This document shows positions 39,017 to 47,604 of a stretch of DNA of 64,000 nt, one piece after another. Within the stretch, counting starts at the first letter, position 1, and each line of letters starts with the position of its first letter. The position numbers were made by a program, and so were the translations under genes. Location: positions 107,360-171,359 of the forward strand of contig JAERTG010000100.1 of the NCBI GenBank assembly GCA_016845065.1. Direction: 5' to 3'. A model generated the notes under the pieces. The model was given only the letters and a program-made list of their open reading frames with translations, was not told where the DNA came from and searched no databases. The DNA is from Fidelibacterota bacterium (GTDB lineage: Bacteria; Fidelibacterota; UBA8477; JABMPR01).

Positions 39017-39970
39017 TTAAAGCGGTAAAAATGCGTCGCTATAATGATTTATTTGTGGTTTAGGGTCTGAGAAATTGACAGTTATGATGTCAAATCTACA
39101 TTCGGGTTGATCAATCCTATGCTTCTCAAGGTACATTTCAGCAACTCTGGCAATTTGCTTTTGCTTTGCAGGTGTCACGCGTTCAAGTGCCAGACTGTCA
39201 TCTGATTCACCTGCAAAGCTCTTCACTTCGACAAAGATGACTTCTTCAGCTTCGGTAGCAATCAAATCTATCTCACCATCCCGTCCAGCATGATAGCTAT
39301 GTTCGAGAAGCGTAAACCCATTCCGAATCAAAAACATTCCAGCAATTATCTCACCCATCCGTCCATATGATGAATCCAGGCCATAATATTGATATTTCTT
39401 ATTGGGACATGAGTCGACCGGTCGAAAGCTACGCCGATGAACGGGAGTGCGTCCTAACTCTCTCAAAGTTTCCATGTGTGCTTTGGAACCATAACCTTTG
39501 TGAGACTTAAAACTGTACTCTGGAAACAGTTTGTCATAGGAAATCATCATGGCATCCCTGGTTGTCTTCGCAATGATGCTTGCCGCACTTATTCCAGGCA
39601 CCAAATCATCTCCCCCGATTATACACTCCTGAGCTATTTCTAGGTCTGGAATCTTATGGTTGCCATCTACCTGCACTAGGGTGGCTTGAATTTTCAATTT
39701 TGCTATTGATTGACGCATTGCCTCAAAAGTTGCCTGCAGGATATTGTTCCGGTCAATATCCTGTTCGTGTACGATACCAACACCAACAGCGAGTGCCTTG
39801 GAGCGGATTTCCTGCGCGAGGACAATTCGCTTTTTTTCACTAAGTTTTTTAGAATCCTTCAATCCTACAGGAATAGCTTCAGGATTTAGTATCACTGCAG
39901 AAGCGACCACAGGTCCTGCTAAAGGCCCCCGACCCGCTTCATCTACTCCTGCTATTACTTTTGAATTCAA
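39017..39970 (-). CDS. rnhB: Ribonuclease HII fused to a C-terminal YraN/UPF0102 endonuclease-like domain
   Basis: N-terminal AGVDEAGRGPLAGPVVASAVIL RNase HII catalytic block over about 200 aa. The C-terminal region of about 115 aa (EIIAGMFLIRNGFTLLEHSYHAGRDGEIDLIATEAEEVIFVEVKSF) matches the YraN family. Single uninterrupted frame. Confidence 0.8.
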   Translation of the reverse strand: MNSKVIAGVDEAGRGPLAGPVVASAVILNPEAIPVGLKDSKKLSEKKRIVLAQEIRSKALAVGVGIVHEQDIDRNNILQATFEAMRQSIAKLKIQATLVQVDGNHKIPDLEIAQECIIGGDDLVPGISAASIIAKTTRDAMMISYDKLFPEYSFKSHKGYGSKAHMETLRELGRTPVHRRSFRPVDSCPNKKYQYYGLDSSYGRMGEIIAGMFLIRNGFTLLEHSYHAGRDGEIDLIATEAEEVIFVEVKSFAGESDDSLALERVTPAKQKQIARVAEMYLEKHRIDQPECRFDIITVNFSDPKPQINHYSDAFLPL

Positions 39971-40221
39971 CTCGTTTCAGCTTCCATTTGCGGTCAATAT
40001 AGGTAGTGTTGGGATGATTAGAAGCACAACTAACTCATGACGAGTAAGAAGATAGAAATGTAAGAGAAATTGAATACATCAGCTGCCCTCTATGAGTGTA
40101 TGCCGCAGCTGATCCTTGAATTTCTCGAATGACTCGAAACCAGAAATATGCAAATGAAGGAAGACTGACCTGCTAGATGGCATACTTATAAATTGATTGG
40201 GTCTCGAGGGTCTCAACCTCC

Positions 40222-40262
40222 AAAAATAAAAAAAACGCCACGATGAAGTGGCGCTTTTCTTT
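40222..40262 (-). terminator. Rho-independent (bidirectional-looking) terminator after trxA
   Basis: On the minus strand, GC-rich stem CGCCAC-TTCATC-GTGGCG is followed by TTTTTTTTATTTTT, about 20 nt past the trxA stop. The plus strand also has a T-rich tract after the stem. Confidence 0.65.
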
Positions 40263-40281
40263 GTCGGTAAGTGTTTAAAGC

Positions 40282-40650
40282 TTAAGCTGATATTGGAGCT
40301 ACACCCAATACATCCTGAAATGCCTGCACAAACTGCTCTTTTGGTAGTGCGCCGGCGGCCATCTGCGGTTTATCGCCAACGGGTACAAACAGAAGAGATG
40401 GGATACTGCGGATACCGAATACACCAGCAAGTTCCTGTTCAGTTTCTGTATCTACTTTGTAAACCTTAACCTTGCCTTCATACTCAGTTGAGAGCTCTTC
40501 AAGAACGGGGGCAACGGCCTTACATGGTCCACACCATTCAGCCCAGAAATCAATAATACAAGGTGTATCACCTTTATATTTCCATTCCTGTTCATTCTCG
40601 TAATCAAAAATTTTATCAAGGAAATCTTGTTTTGTCAAATTCTCAGTCAT
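40282..40650 (-). CDS. trxA: Thioredoxin
   Basis: WCGPC active site, 122 aa. Confidence 0.9.
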   Translation of the reverse strand: MTENLTKQDFLDKIFDYENEQEWKYKGDTPCIIDFWAEWCGPCKAVAPVLEELSTEYEGKVKVYKVDTETEQELAGVFGIRSIPSLLFVPVGDKPQMAAGALPKEQFVQAFQDVLGVAPISA

Positions 40651-40860
40651 TTTTTCTCCCGTTCATGATACCTGCACAAGTACCGTGTTTAATAAATATT
40701 TCGTTGTCAAAATTCTTTCACTCACAGGTCTTTGAGGCATTGACAGGATATTGGTTACAAAATGTGGTATGACAGTTTCGTTGAAGGCCTGAGTTCAGAA
40801 GAAACTCTATATTTTCTGGTAATCGAGTCGATCTGTCTACATCAAATGGTTTGAGAAGTA

Positions 40861-41298
40861 CTATGATTTGTGAGAGAGGAAATCCTCATCAGAGCTGCAG
40901 TATATTCCGGCAGCTTTAAGGTGTTGGGTGAATACTCCATCACCCTCAACCAGGGTTTTAGAAAAGGAACCATCATAAACCTTACCACATCCGCAGGCGG
41001 GGCTACGACTTTTAAGGATCGCGTGGCTCGCATGGATGGATACAGCTTTTGCAGTACATAATGAGGCTCCCCGCTGAAATGATTCGGTCACATCTTCGCC
41101 ATTTTCTCGGAATACTCCCGCTCCCTTTATTTCTGCAGGCGGTCTCGGAATGGGTAATCCTCCTTCAACCTCAGGACAAACTGGAATAAGGATTTTGTCA
41201 CCGAGGGCATCCAATAGTTCATTGTTCAATTTACCACGACCATCGAAGCGGCAGGGTTCGCCCAAAAGACAAGCTGAGATGAGAATGTTTTTTGTCAA
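40861..41298 (-). CDS. DUF523 family protein (TudS-like putative 2-thiouracil desulfurase, Fe-S)
   Basis: N-terminal ILISACLLGEPCRFDG plus conserved Cys positions typical of DUF523. Confidence 0.65.
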   Translation of the reverse strand: MTKNILISACLLGEPCRFDGRGKLNNELLDALGDKILIPVCPEVEGGLPIPRPPAEIKGAGVFRENGEDVTESFQRGASLCTAKAVSIHASHAILKSRSPACGCGKVYDGSFSKTLVEGDGVFTQHLKAAGIYCSSDEDFLSHKS

Positions 41299-41301
41299 TT
41301 T

Positions 41302-42051
41302 TTACTCCGGAAAACGAAATGTGTAGAGAATAGATTCTGAGTCACAAACAATATAGACGAGCTCATTTATTGGATTGTAGGCGACCCCTTCTGCCTGTTT
41401 AACGTCAAAACGGTAGCTATCCTTGAAACCTCCATCCCAGGACCACGTCCATAAACGCTTTTCACCAGCACTGATTAAGAAATATTCGTCCTCACTGGGA
41501 CCCTGACAAATACCAGTGATATCTACTGTCAGATCCAGTGTTTTCGAGTTTTGAGTGACCAAGTTAGAATCAATATATATAATGGCAGCTGGATTTTTCT
41601 GTTTGATGGTAAAAAAGTCGTTGTCGGCTTGATTGAAAACGATCCCCTCCAGTCCTTCCCCTGGATCTGGTATTGAATGGTTCACTTTTGTTCTAGAAAT
41701 TTCCACTCCGTGTGTGGAAAGATGGATAATGTCGGATTGAAGTTCATCTACCACCCAGAGTGTCTCATCCCGAGGATCAAAACTAATCCCCTCCAGATCA
41801 TCTCCAACAAAGGTGAGGGTGTTTAAGATATGTCCACTTAAATCGAGCTTATGGACTTGATTGGAAGGTGGATCGCTAACGCAGAATAGGAAGCCACCCT
41901 CCGCATCCAGCGTAAGACCGGAGGGCTCAGGAACTAGAATATCTGCTTCAGACACCAGAATGAGTTCTGGAATCTTCTCAACAGTATCAAAGAGACCACA
42001 CCCCATGAGAACCAATGCACAAAAAGGAAGAAAATATCTCAATGTAAGGGT
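41302..42051 (-). CDS. Lipoprotein with SdiA-regulated/YjiK-like beta-propeller domain (putative)
   Basis: Lipobox LVLMGCG. Repeated propeller-like blocks (LEGISFDPRDETLWVVDE, EGIVFNQADNDFFTIKQK, EGVAYNPINELVYIV). Start uncertain (non-ATG likely near 42050). The track ORF extends to 42126, overlapping the upstream gene. Confidence 0.45.
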   Translation of the reverse strand, partial: TLTLRYFLPFCALVLMGCGLFDTVEKIPELILVSEADILVPEPSGLTLDAEGGFLFCVSDPPSNQVHKLDLSGHILNTLTFVGDDLEGISFDPRDETLWVVDELQSDIIHLSTHGVEISRTKVNHSIPDPGEGLEGIVFNQADNDFFTIKQKNPAAIIYIDSNLVTQNSKTLDLTVDITGICQGPSEDEYFLISAGEKRLWTWSWDGGFKDSYRFDVKQAEGVAYNPINELVYIVCDSESILYTFRFPE

Positions 42052-42055
42052 TCGT

Positions 42056-42589
42056 TTAATTAGTGGCTCCAGGAGTGGGAGTAGCAAATAACGTCCAGAG
42101 ATCACCCCCATCTGTCTCACGCCCATATGAAATATCTGTGGTCATAGTCCCAAATTGAATGCTATCAATTATAGTAGCCATGTCCTTCCCCAGCAGGATA
42201 ATATGCTCCCCACGGGCAGAAAGTTTGATATCAACATGTCTGACACCTTGCTCAGGATCTTTGTCGCACCAGAGTAGCAAAAAGCCCTTGGGTGGAATTG
42301 AGGTCTCACTTGGATCTGTTTCTGGAATCATCCAGGGATTCAAATCCAGAGGGTCGTCAGTAATATACATGCCGCCTACATCCATGATATCGCTTGTTCC
42401 ATTATACAACTCGACCCAATCATCGGATTCATCAAATTCGTCAAGATTGGTTGAATCATTGCTAGCCAGAAACTCATTGATGACCAAAGCTCCCAGATCA
42501 CCCCCATCTGGGGTGGTGGGCTCCTTGGTCTCACAGGCAATCAGGTTAAAAAGGAGCAGTACGACAATCCAATTTATTGTGTTTTTCAT
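42056..42589 (-). CDS. Lipoprotein with lamin-tail domain (LTD)
   Basis: Signal peptide with lipobox (NLIACE from MKNTINWIVVLLLF). LTD-like core VINEFLASN...DWVELYN...GGMYITDD. Start taken at internal Met (42589). Confidence 0.5.
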   Translation of the reverse strand: MKNTINWIVVLLLFNLIACETKEPTTPDGGDLGALVINEFLASNDSTNLDEFDESDDWVELYNGTSDIMDVGGMYITDDPLDLNPWMIPETDPSETSIPPKGFLLLWCDKDPEQGVRHVDIKLSARGEHIILLGKDMATIIDSIQFGTMTTDISYGRETDGGDLWTLFATPTPGATN

Positions 42590-42629
42590 TTTATGGTCCT
42601 TATCACAATGCTTGCGCATATGCGTCTGA

Positions 42630-44420
42630 CTAGTTACCAATTTTTTCCATGGATAGCAGTGTTTTAGCAATATCGCCAGTATACACAGTAATTCGTTTGA
42701 GGAGATCTAATAATTCCATGTGAATATCATGGGTCTGAACCGATTCCTCTTTGGCAGCATGAATTCTTTCGAGGTGATATACTCGATATTTTGATTCAAG
42801 ATCCAGATATTTTTCTTCCTTACGCATAATATTCTTGGCTTTTTGAAGATCCATCTCCACAAAAACATCATGGAGGCGGCTGATCTGTTTACAAACCTTA
42901 GTATGATAGTGGATCAACTCTTCCTGGCCCTGTTCTGAAAAGGTAAGCGACAATGCTCTTTTTTTGGCAATCATTGGCATGACACTGCGCTGGATAATAT
43001 CCCCGATATTCTCCATGTAACTCACGATTGACATCATTGCAAAAACTTCAGATACCTGATCATCTGATAACTCTTCCTGACCTATTTTTTGGATATAATC
43101 CGCGATTTTAACACGTAGATAGTTTATCTTTTTTTCTCTTATTTCTATGCCTTCAATCAGTGAAATACTAGGATGAATCTTGTCTTTCGCTGGCGAGTTA
43201 TCAAAAAACGGGGTAATGACCGCCTCGAGCATTCTACCAAGAATTTTAGCCATTCGGGCAATTTCAGCACGCGCCAGATCAAGTGCCATGGAAGGTGTTT
43301 TGATACTTTGGTCATCGAGATGCCAGACAACAGGATTGAGAGCAAGTTGTTCCTTGTTATCGGGCAATATTTTATATATCAAATTTGAAAAATATCCAGT
43401 AAATGGCAAAAATAGAAGGCCAAGCCCGACATTGAAAATCGTATGTGCATTAGCTATCTGGCGCGGTGTATCTGCCGCTTGAACCATGAGATCTGGACTA
43501 CTATTAGCGGGCGAGATCATGCGAACCAAATCTGCAAACCATGGAATAAAAGGAAGGATGATAACCACACCGATTATTTTAAAGCCAACATGCGCAAGAG
43601 CCACTCGCTTCGCATCTTGGCTAGTTCCTATACTCGCCAGGCCAGCTGTGATGCAAGTGCCTATATTCGCGCCCAGGAGGAGTGGAATCCCTGCTTCAAG
43701 TGTGACCAGTCCTTGTTGTGCAAGAACGATAATTATACCGGTAAAAGCGCTGCTACTTTGAATTAGCGCTGTAAATGCCGCTCCAACCAGAATACCTAAA
43801 AAAGGATTTTCCAAATTATGTAGAATCTGTATAAATGGCTCAAAGCTTCTCATAGGTTTCATCGCTTCAGACATCAATTTCATCCCATAGAAAAGGATGC
43901 CAAACCCAAGGAGTGATTCCCCAAAGTATTTCTGTCTGTCAGTTTTGCCAAACATGAGCAAAGCAAAACCAACCGCGATCAGCAATAAAGCGTAATCTGT
44001 CAACTTGAATGCAATGAGTTGAGCTGTAATGGTTGTACCAATATCCGCACCGAGAATAACCCCCAGACTCTGGGAAAATGTCATGAGTTGAGATTGTACA
44101 AAGCTCACCAGCATCACTGTCGTAGCACTACTCGACTGAACGACCATGGTCACGAAAGCACCCACTGACATAGCTACAAATTTATTCTTGGTGAGCGCTG
44201 ATAGAATAGAGCGAAGACTGTCCCCTGCTGCCTTTTTCATCCCCAGGCTCATTTTTTCCATGCCATACAGGAAAAGAGCCAGACCACCTAACAGCGTCAT
44301 CATCAATACGCTCCACTGGATATCTGAGGGAATACGTCCACTAGCAAACGAAAAGGCTGGAGACAATAGGAGTATCATTGTCAGTTTCATGCTCGTGGTA
44401 CTCTTCAAAATTGAGTTCAC
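42630..44420 (-). CDS. Na+/phosphate cotransporter family protein (NptA-like) with C-terminal PhoU-like domain
   Basis: Duplicated Na/Pi-cotransporter membrane repeats (QSSSATT and QSSSAFTG motifs) and a C-terminal helical PhoU-like region. 596 aa. Confidence 0.85.
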   Translation of the reverse strand: MNSILKSTTSMKLTMILLLSPAFSFASGRIPSDIQWSVLMMTLLGGLALFLYGMEKMSLGMKKAAGDSLRSILSALTKNKFVAMSVGAFVTMVVQSSSATTVMLVSFVQSQLMTFSQSLGVILGADIGTTITAQLIAFKLTDYALLLIAVGFALLMFGKTDRQKYFGESLLGFGILFYGMKLMSEAMKPMRSFEPFIQILHNLENPFLGILVGAAFTALIQSSSAFTGIIIVLAQQGLVTLEAGIPLLLGANIGTCITAGLASIGTSQDAKRVALAHVGFKIIGVVIILPFIPWFADLVRMISPANSSPDLMVQAADTPRQIANAHTIFNVGLGLLFLPFTGYFSNLIYKILPDNKEQLALNPVVWHLDDQSIKTPSMALDLARAEIARMAKILGRMLEAVITPFFDNSPAKDKIHPSISLIEGIEIREKKINYLRVKIADYIQKIGQEELSDDQVSEVFAMMSIVSYMENIGDIIQRSVMPMIAKKRALSLTFSEQGQEELIHYHTKVCKQISRLHDVFVEMDLQKAKNIMRKEEKYLDLESKYRVYHLERIHAAKEESVQTHDIHMELLDLLKRITVYTGDIAKTLLSMEKIGN

Positions 44421-44896
44421 TATTTATTTTGGTCCCATTTACGAAAAGGATTAATCAAAAGATTGGAATTGAAGTAGCGCCAGTCATTACTCACTTCTTC
44501 ACCAACCCACTCAGGTTTTTGGAAAGTTTCATCAATACGCTCTAGCTCAATTTCTGCGACAACCAGCCCATCATTTTCACCATGAAATTTATCAACCTCC
44601 CAGATGTGTTTATCAAATTGGAGTTTGTAGCGAGTTTTCACAATAATGGGTTGCTCACAGATATTGTCCAGCAAAAACCTGGCATCATCTTCGGGTATTT
44701 CATACTCATACTCCGGTCTAATCAAGCCTTTGGGCAACCCTTTGATAGTGATAAAGGCCCCTTCAGCACTGAGACGGACTCGAACCACTCTCTTTTTATC
44801 ACTATTCAGATAACCCTGTTCATACAACTCGCCCTCTAAATTTTTTATAAATATATCTGTGAGAACTAAATATTTTCGCTCAATCTCAACACCCAT
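44420..44896 (-). CDS. CYTH-domain protein (triphosphate tunnel metalloenzyme; CyaB/inorganic triphosphatase-like)
   Basis: N-terminal EIERKYLV (ExExK) motif and CYTH-like acidic blocks. 158 aa. Stop overlaps the start of the Na/Pi cotransporter gene by 1 nt. Confidence 0.7.
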   Translation of the reverse strand: MGVEIERKYLVLTDIFIKNLEGELYEQGYLNSDKKRVVRVRLSAEGAFITIKGLPKGLIRPEYEYEIPEDDARFLLDNICEQPIIVKTRYKLQFDKHIWEVDKFHGENDGLVVAEIELERIDETFQKPEWVGEEVSNDWRYFNSNLLINPFRKWDQNK

Positions 44897-44899
44897 AGC

Positions 44900-45373
44900 C
44901 TAAGCCCCTTTGTATCCGCTCATTCGTTTAAGCACATCTGGATAATTTTCGTTCTCCAAATTATCAAAGCCCATCAAATGCTTCACATCAGATATTTTCT
45001 CCGGGTCTTCCGATTCGAGGGCAATCGTAAATATTTTTCTAGTGTTTAGATGAATTTGGGTAAACTCAGCCTTCAAACCCTGGATATCATAAATATTCCT
45101 GATTTTTTTCAAGGATACTGTCGCAATTTCTGGCTGGGACTGTAGAAAAGTAGTGAAGTCTGACTCTTCAATTGGCTTATCAAATTGTGTTATAGATAAT
45201 CCCAGCAGTTCGGATACCTGGGTGAGCGAGACTTCTGCAAGTGGATATTCAAATTTCATCATGGGGAACCATTGCTCCATTCCAGACGAATTGACTGATA
45301 GTCTCTTTTTCACATCAAATATGTGTTGTCTGATTTTTAGATTAAGTTCTGCTTGTGGGACAAGGAAATACAA
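44900..45373 (-). CDS. Hypothetical protein
   Basis: Co-oriented ORF, 3-nt gap to CYTH gene. No recognisable motifs. Confidence 0.45.
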   Translation of the reverse strand: MYFLVPQAELNLKIRQHIFDVKKRLSVNSSGMEQWFPMMKFEYPLAEVSLTQVSELLGLSITQFDKPIEESDFTTFLQSQPEIATVSLKKIRNIYDIQGLKAEFTQIHLNTRKIFTIALESEDPEKISDVKHLMGFDNLENENYPDVLKRMSGYKGA

Positions 45374-45543
45374 CTCTTCGCTCTGTTTTTGATAAGAAGA
45401 CTGAAAATTTGCAAATAACTTCCGATAAGATTGGATGCTTTCATCAAAAGCCCGCCACTCCCACCGAGGGATTATGCCCTTCTTATTTTCGATCAGACAC
45501 CTCCAGTGTACATGATTTTTTCACTTACTCACCCTAACTAAAG

Positions 45544-45735
45544 CTACCACCGATCATCCTTAAAGAAATCTTCCTGATCATAAACTGCTTTCAGCATATT
45601 GGTGGCCAGTTTCCGAACATCTCCATTGACTGAAACTTCCACTTTTCGGACATCTTTCTTTTTCAGCTTTTCAAGAACGATTTTTAGATCCTCAACTTCA
45701 TACTTATCCAGTTCAAATTTGAATGTCCAGGCCAT
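45544..45735 (-). CDS. Small hypothetical protein (63 aa, Lys/Glu/Asp-rich)
   Basis: Co-oriented with neighbours. Sits in an otherwise empty gap of about 385 nt. No homology recognisable. Confidence 0.3.
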   Translation of the reverse strand: MAWTFKFELDKYEVEDLKIVLEKLKKKDVRKVEVSVNGDVRKLATNMLKAVYDQEDFFKDDRW

Positions 45736-45758
45736 TCTATACTCCTTTTCTCGACAAT

Positions 45759-46283
45759 TTATAATTGGTGTGTCTGAACCAGCGACGACAGCTTATCTCC
45801 TGTCTCCAGGTTCATTTGCTTAAATTTCTCAATATCCTGTAGGATGAAAAGTCCCCTTGCACTGGCATATCTATTTTCAGTCTCATCAATCAATTTAGCT
45901 TTAAGACTGATTTTATTACCATCAACCTCCCTAATTTTAGCACAATACAAGACATCCTTTTCCAGCGGCAATGGTTCGAAATATCGTGTTGTATACTGAG
46001 CTGTCATTGCAGGATATCCATTCACCCAGCAGCAGGCTCCCATGAGCTCATCAAAAACTGCTGAGATAGCACCGCCATGTGTATACCCTGGAGGTCCCTG
46101 AGCCAGTTTTCCAAACCTGACCTCAGCATAAAACCACCCGCTGCCTTCATTGAAGTGATATTTTAATGAGATGCGTTCATCATTATGCTCACCAGTAATA
46201 AATGAGATGAATTGTTTTCCGAATTCAATGGGGATGGCATTCTTAAGCTGTTTATAATCGACCATCACTACTGTTCTCCTCAA
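45759..46283 (-). CDS. Hotdog-fold thioesterase (PaaI/YbgC-like)
   Basis: HGGAISAVFDELMG motif typical of PaaI-type hotdog thioesterases. 174 aa. Confidence 0.65.
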   Translation of the reverse strand: MRRTVVMVDYKQLKNAIPIEFGKQFISFITGEHNDERISLKYHFNEGSGWFYAEVRFGKLAQGPPGYTHGGAISAVFDELMGACCWVNGYPAMTAQYTTRYFEPLPLEKDVLYCAKIREVDGNKISLKAKLIDETENRYASARGLFILQDIEKFKQMNLETGDKLSSLVQTHQL

Positions 46284-46483
46284 AAGATTGCATACAAACT
46301 AATGAGAAGCATCATCGATTACATCTGATTGTTTTTAAAATATAATGAAGATTATAATCTGATGGATCTCTGGTGAAAAGTAAGTAGGTATCCTTCAATA
46401 GTCCCAGGAGGACGCGCTTCTTTATTCCTGAACGTTCGAAAATTGTAGTAGGGCCTTGGAACCGTTAATTCAAATTTATACGA

Positions 46484-46515
46484 TTAAAAAAAGCCACCAC
46501 ATAGAGCGATGGCCT
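46484..46515 (-). terminator. Possible weak terminator downstream of tRNA-Leu(CAG)
   Basis: On the minus strand a short stem (GCCA...TGGC) is followed by a run of 7-8 T, about 40-60 nt past the tRNA 3' end. The stem is weak. Confidence 0.25.
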
Positions 46516-46552
46516 ATCTTTAATCTCAAATCTTAAAACTTAAATCAATCCG

Positions 46553-46638
46553 TGCCCGAGACTGGAGTCGAACCAGCACGCACAAAAGAGTGCACTAGGA
46601 CCTGAACCTAGCGCGTCTACCAATTCCGCCACCCGGGC
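46553..46638 (-). tRNA. tRNA-Leu (anticodon CAG), class II
   Basis: Minus-strand sequence GCCCGGGTGGCGGAATTGGTAGACGCGCTAGGTTCAGGTCCTAG...GGTTCGACTCCAGTCTCGGGCA. Acceptor stem pairs (one G-U). Anticodon loop TT-CAG-GT, long variable arm, discriminator A. Confidence 0.85.
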
Positions 46639-46720
46639 ATCTCTGACTTCACTCATCACTCTGGCGTTGTCAGGTCTTGAAAAAGCGGGCTAATGTAATC
46701 CCCCTCCCAACCTCTGTCAA

Positions 46721-47338
46721 TCAGGAAAAAACAAGAATAATAACCAAGTTTGAAAGGAGTAGTAAACCGGCTAGCATTAGAACCACCAGAGGTTGAGCAA
46801 GACTCAACTTAAGCACCAGAACTTGCCAGTTTTGCGGCTGCTCTGTGGATAGAATTTTCAGACCTTTTACAAATAGCACTGAGGTCCAGCCGTATGCAAA
46901 GGGTGCCAGTATTGGTGTATTTCCCCAGAGCTTTGAATTGGAGTCAAGCTTCCAAACAAGTAAACCATATTGTGAGAGTAGGGCTTCAAAGAAGAACGAG
47001 ATCAATACCATGGTTAAAAATATGAGAGGTAGATGATAATCCATGGGTTTGGCCTTTAAGTATTCTCTTTCAAGGAAATTGTTACTCCAGATCAAGCCTA
47101 TATAGGCAATATTGGTCCAGAAAAACGCGTACATGAGTGGTATACCCAAAAGGGTGATATGAAAATCACCATAGGCATAAATATTCATGATATCACTGAG
47201 TGCGTATTCGCGCAGAAATCCTAAAATCATCCCTGCAATCCAAAATACTTTCACAAATGAAATATTGTATACGCTCCTGGCGTGGATCACCAGAAGGACT
47301 GTGACCAGGAGAATGCTGATTTCAATCAACCAGATCAT
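46721..47338 (-). CDS. Integral membrane protein of unknown function
   Basis: About 6 hydrophobic helices. No confident family assignment. Confidence 0.5.
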   Translation of the reverse strand: MIWLIEISILLVTVLLVIHARSVYNISFVKVFWIAGMILGFLREYALSDIMNIYAYGDFHITLLGIPLMYAFFWTNIAYIGLIWSNNFLEREYLKAKPMDYHLPLIFLTMVLISFFFEALLSQYGLLVWKLDSNSKLWGNTPILAPFAYGWTSVLFVKGLKILSTEQPQNWQVLVLKLSLAQPLVVLMLAGLLLLSNLVIILVFS

Positions 47339-47604
47339 CTTGCATCTTTCTTACCTGCTTGTTGAGTGACACTAAACCCCAGATTAGGATTGGCAGGTTT
47401 GCCCAGAGCAGGTCATATCGCTTGTTCAGAATTTCGCTGATAATGGCAATACCCAACAGCAGGTCTATGGCACCATATGGTAAATAAGTGAGGAGTAGTT
47501 TGTTCATAAATTCTAGCTAATTGGTTCAATCCAAAAAATGGTATCTCACACAGCAGATTGAGTGAGACACCATTTCTATGAAAAAGCAGATCTGGTTTGA
47601 CTAA

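Noticed and set aside
40563-40772. Plus-strand 69 aa ORF in the trxA upstream region
   Set aside because: It overlaps the trxA 5' end antisense. AT-rich promoter-region sequence with no coding signal.
43157-43766. Cluster of 60-107 aa ORFs on both strands inside the Na/Pi cotransporter gene
   Set aside because: All are nested in or antisense to a 596 aa ORF with strong transporter motifs.
47322-47507. 61 aa hydrophobic ORF overlapping the start of the membrane protein gene by 17 nt
   Set aside because: It could be a real small membrane protein or an artefact. There is no motif support, so it was left out of the confident feature list.
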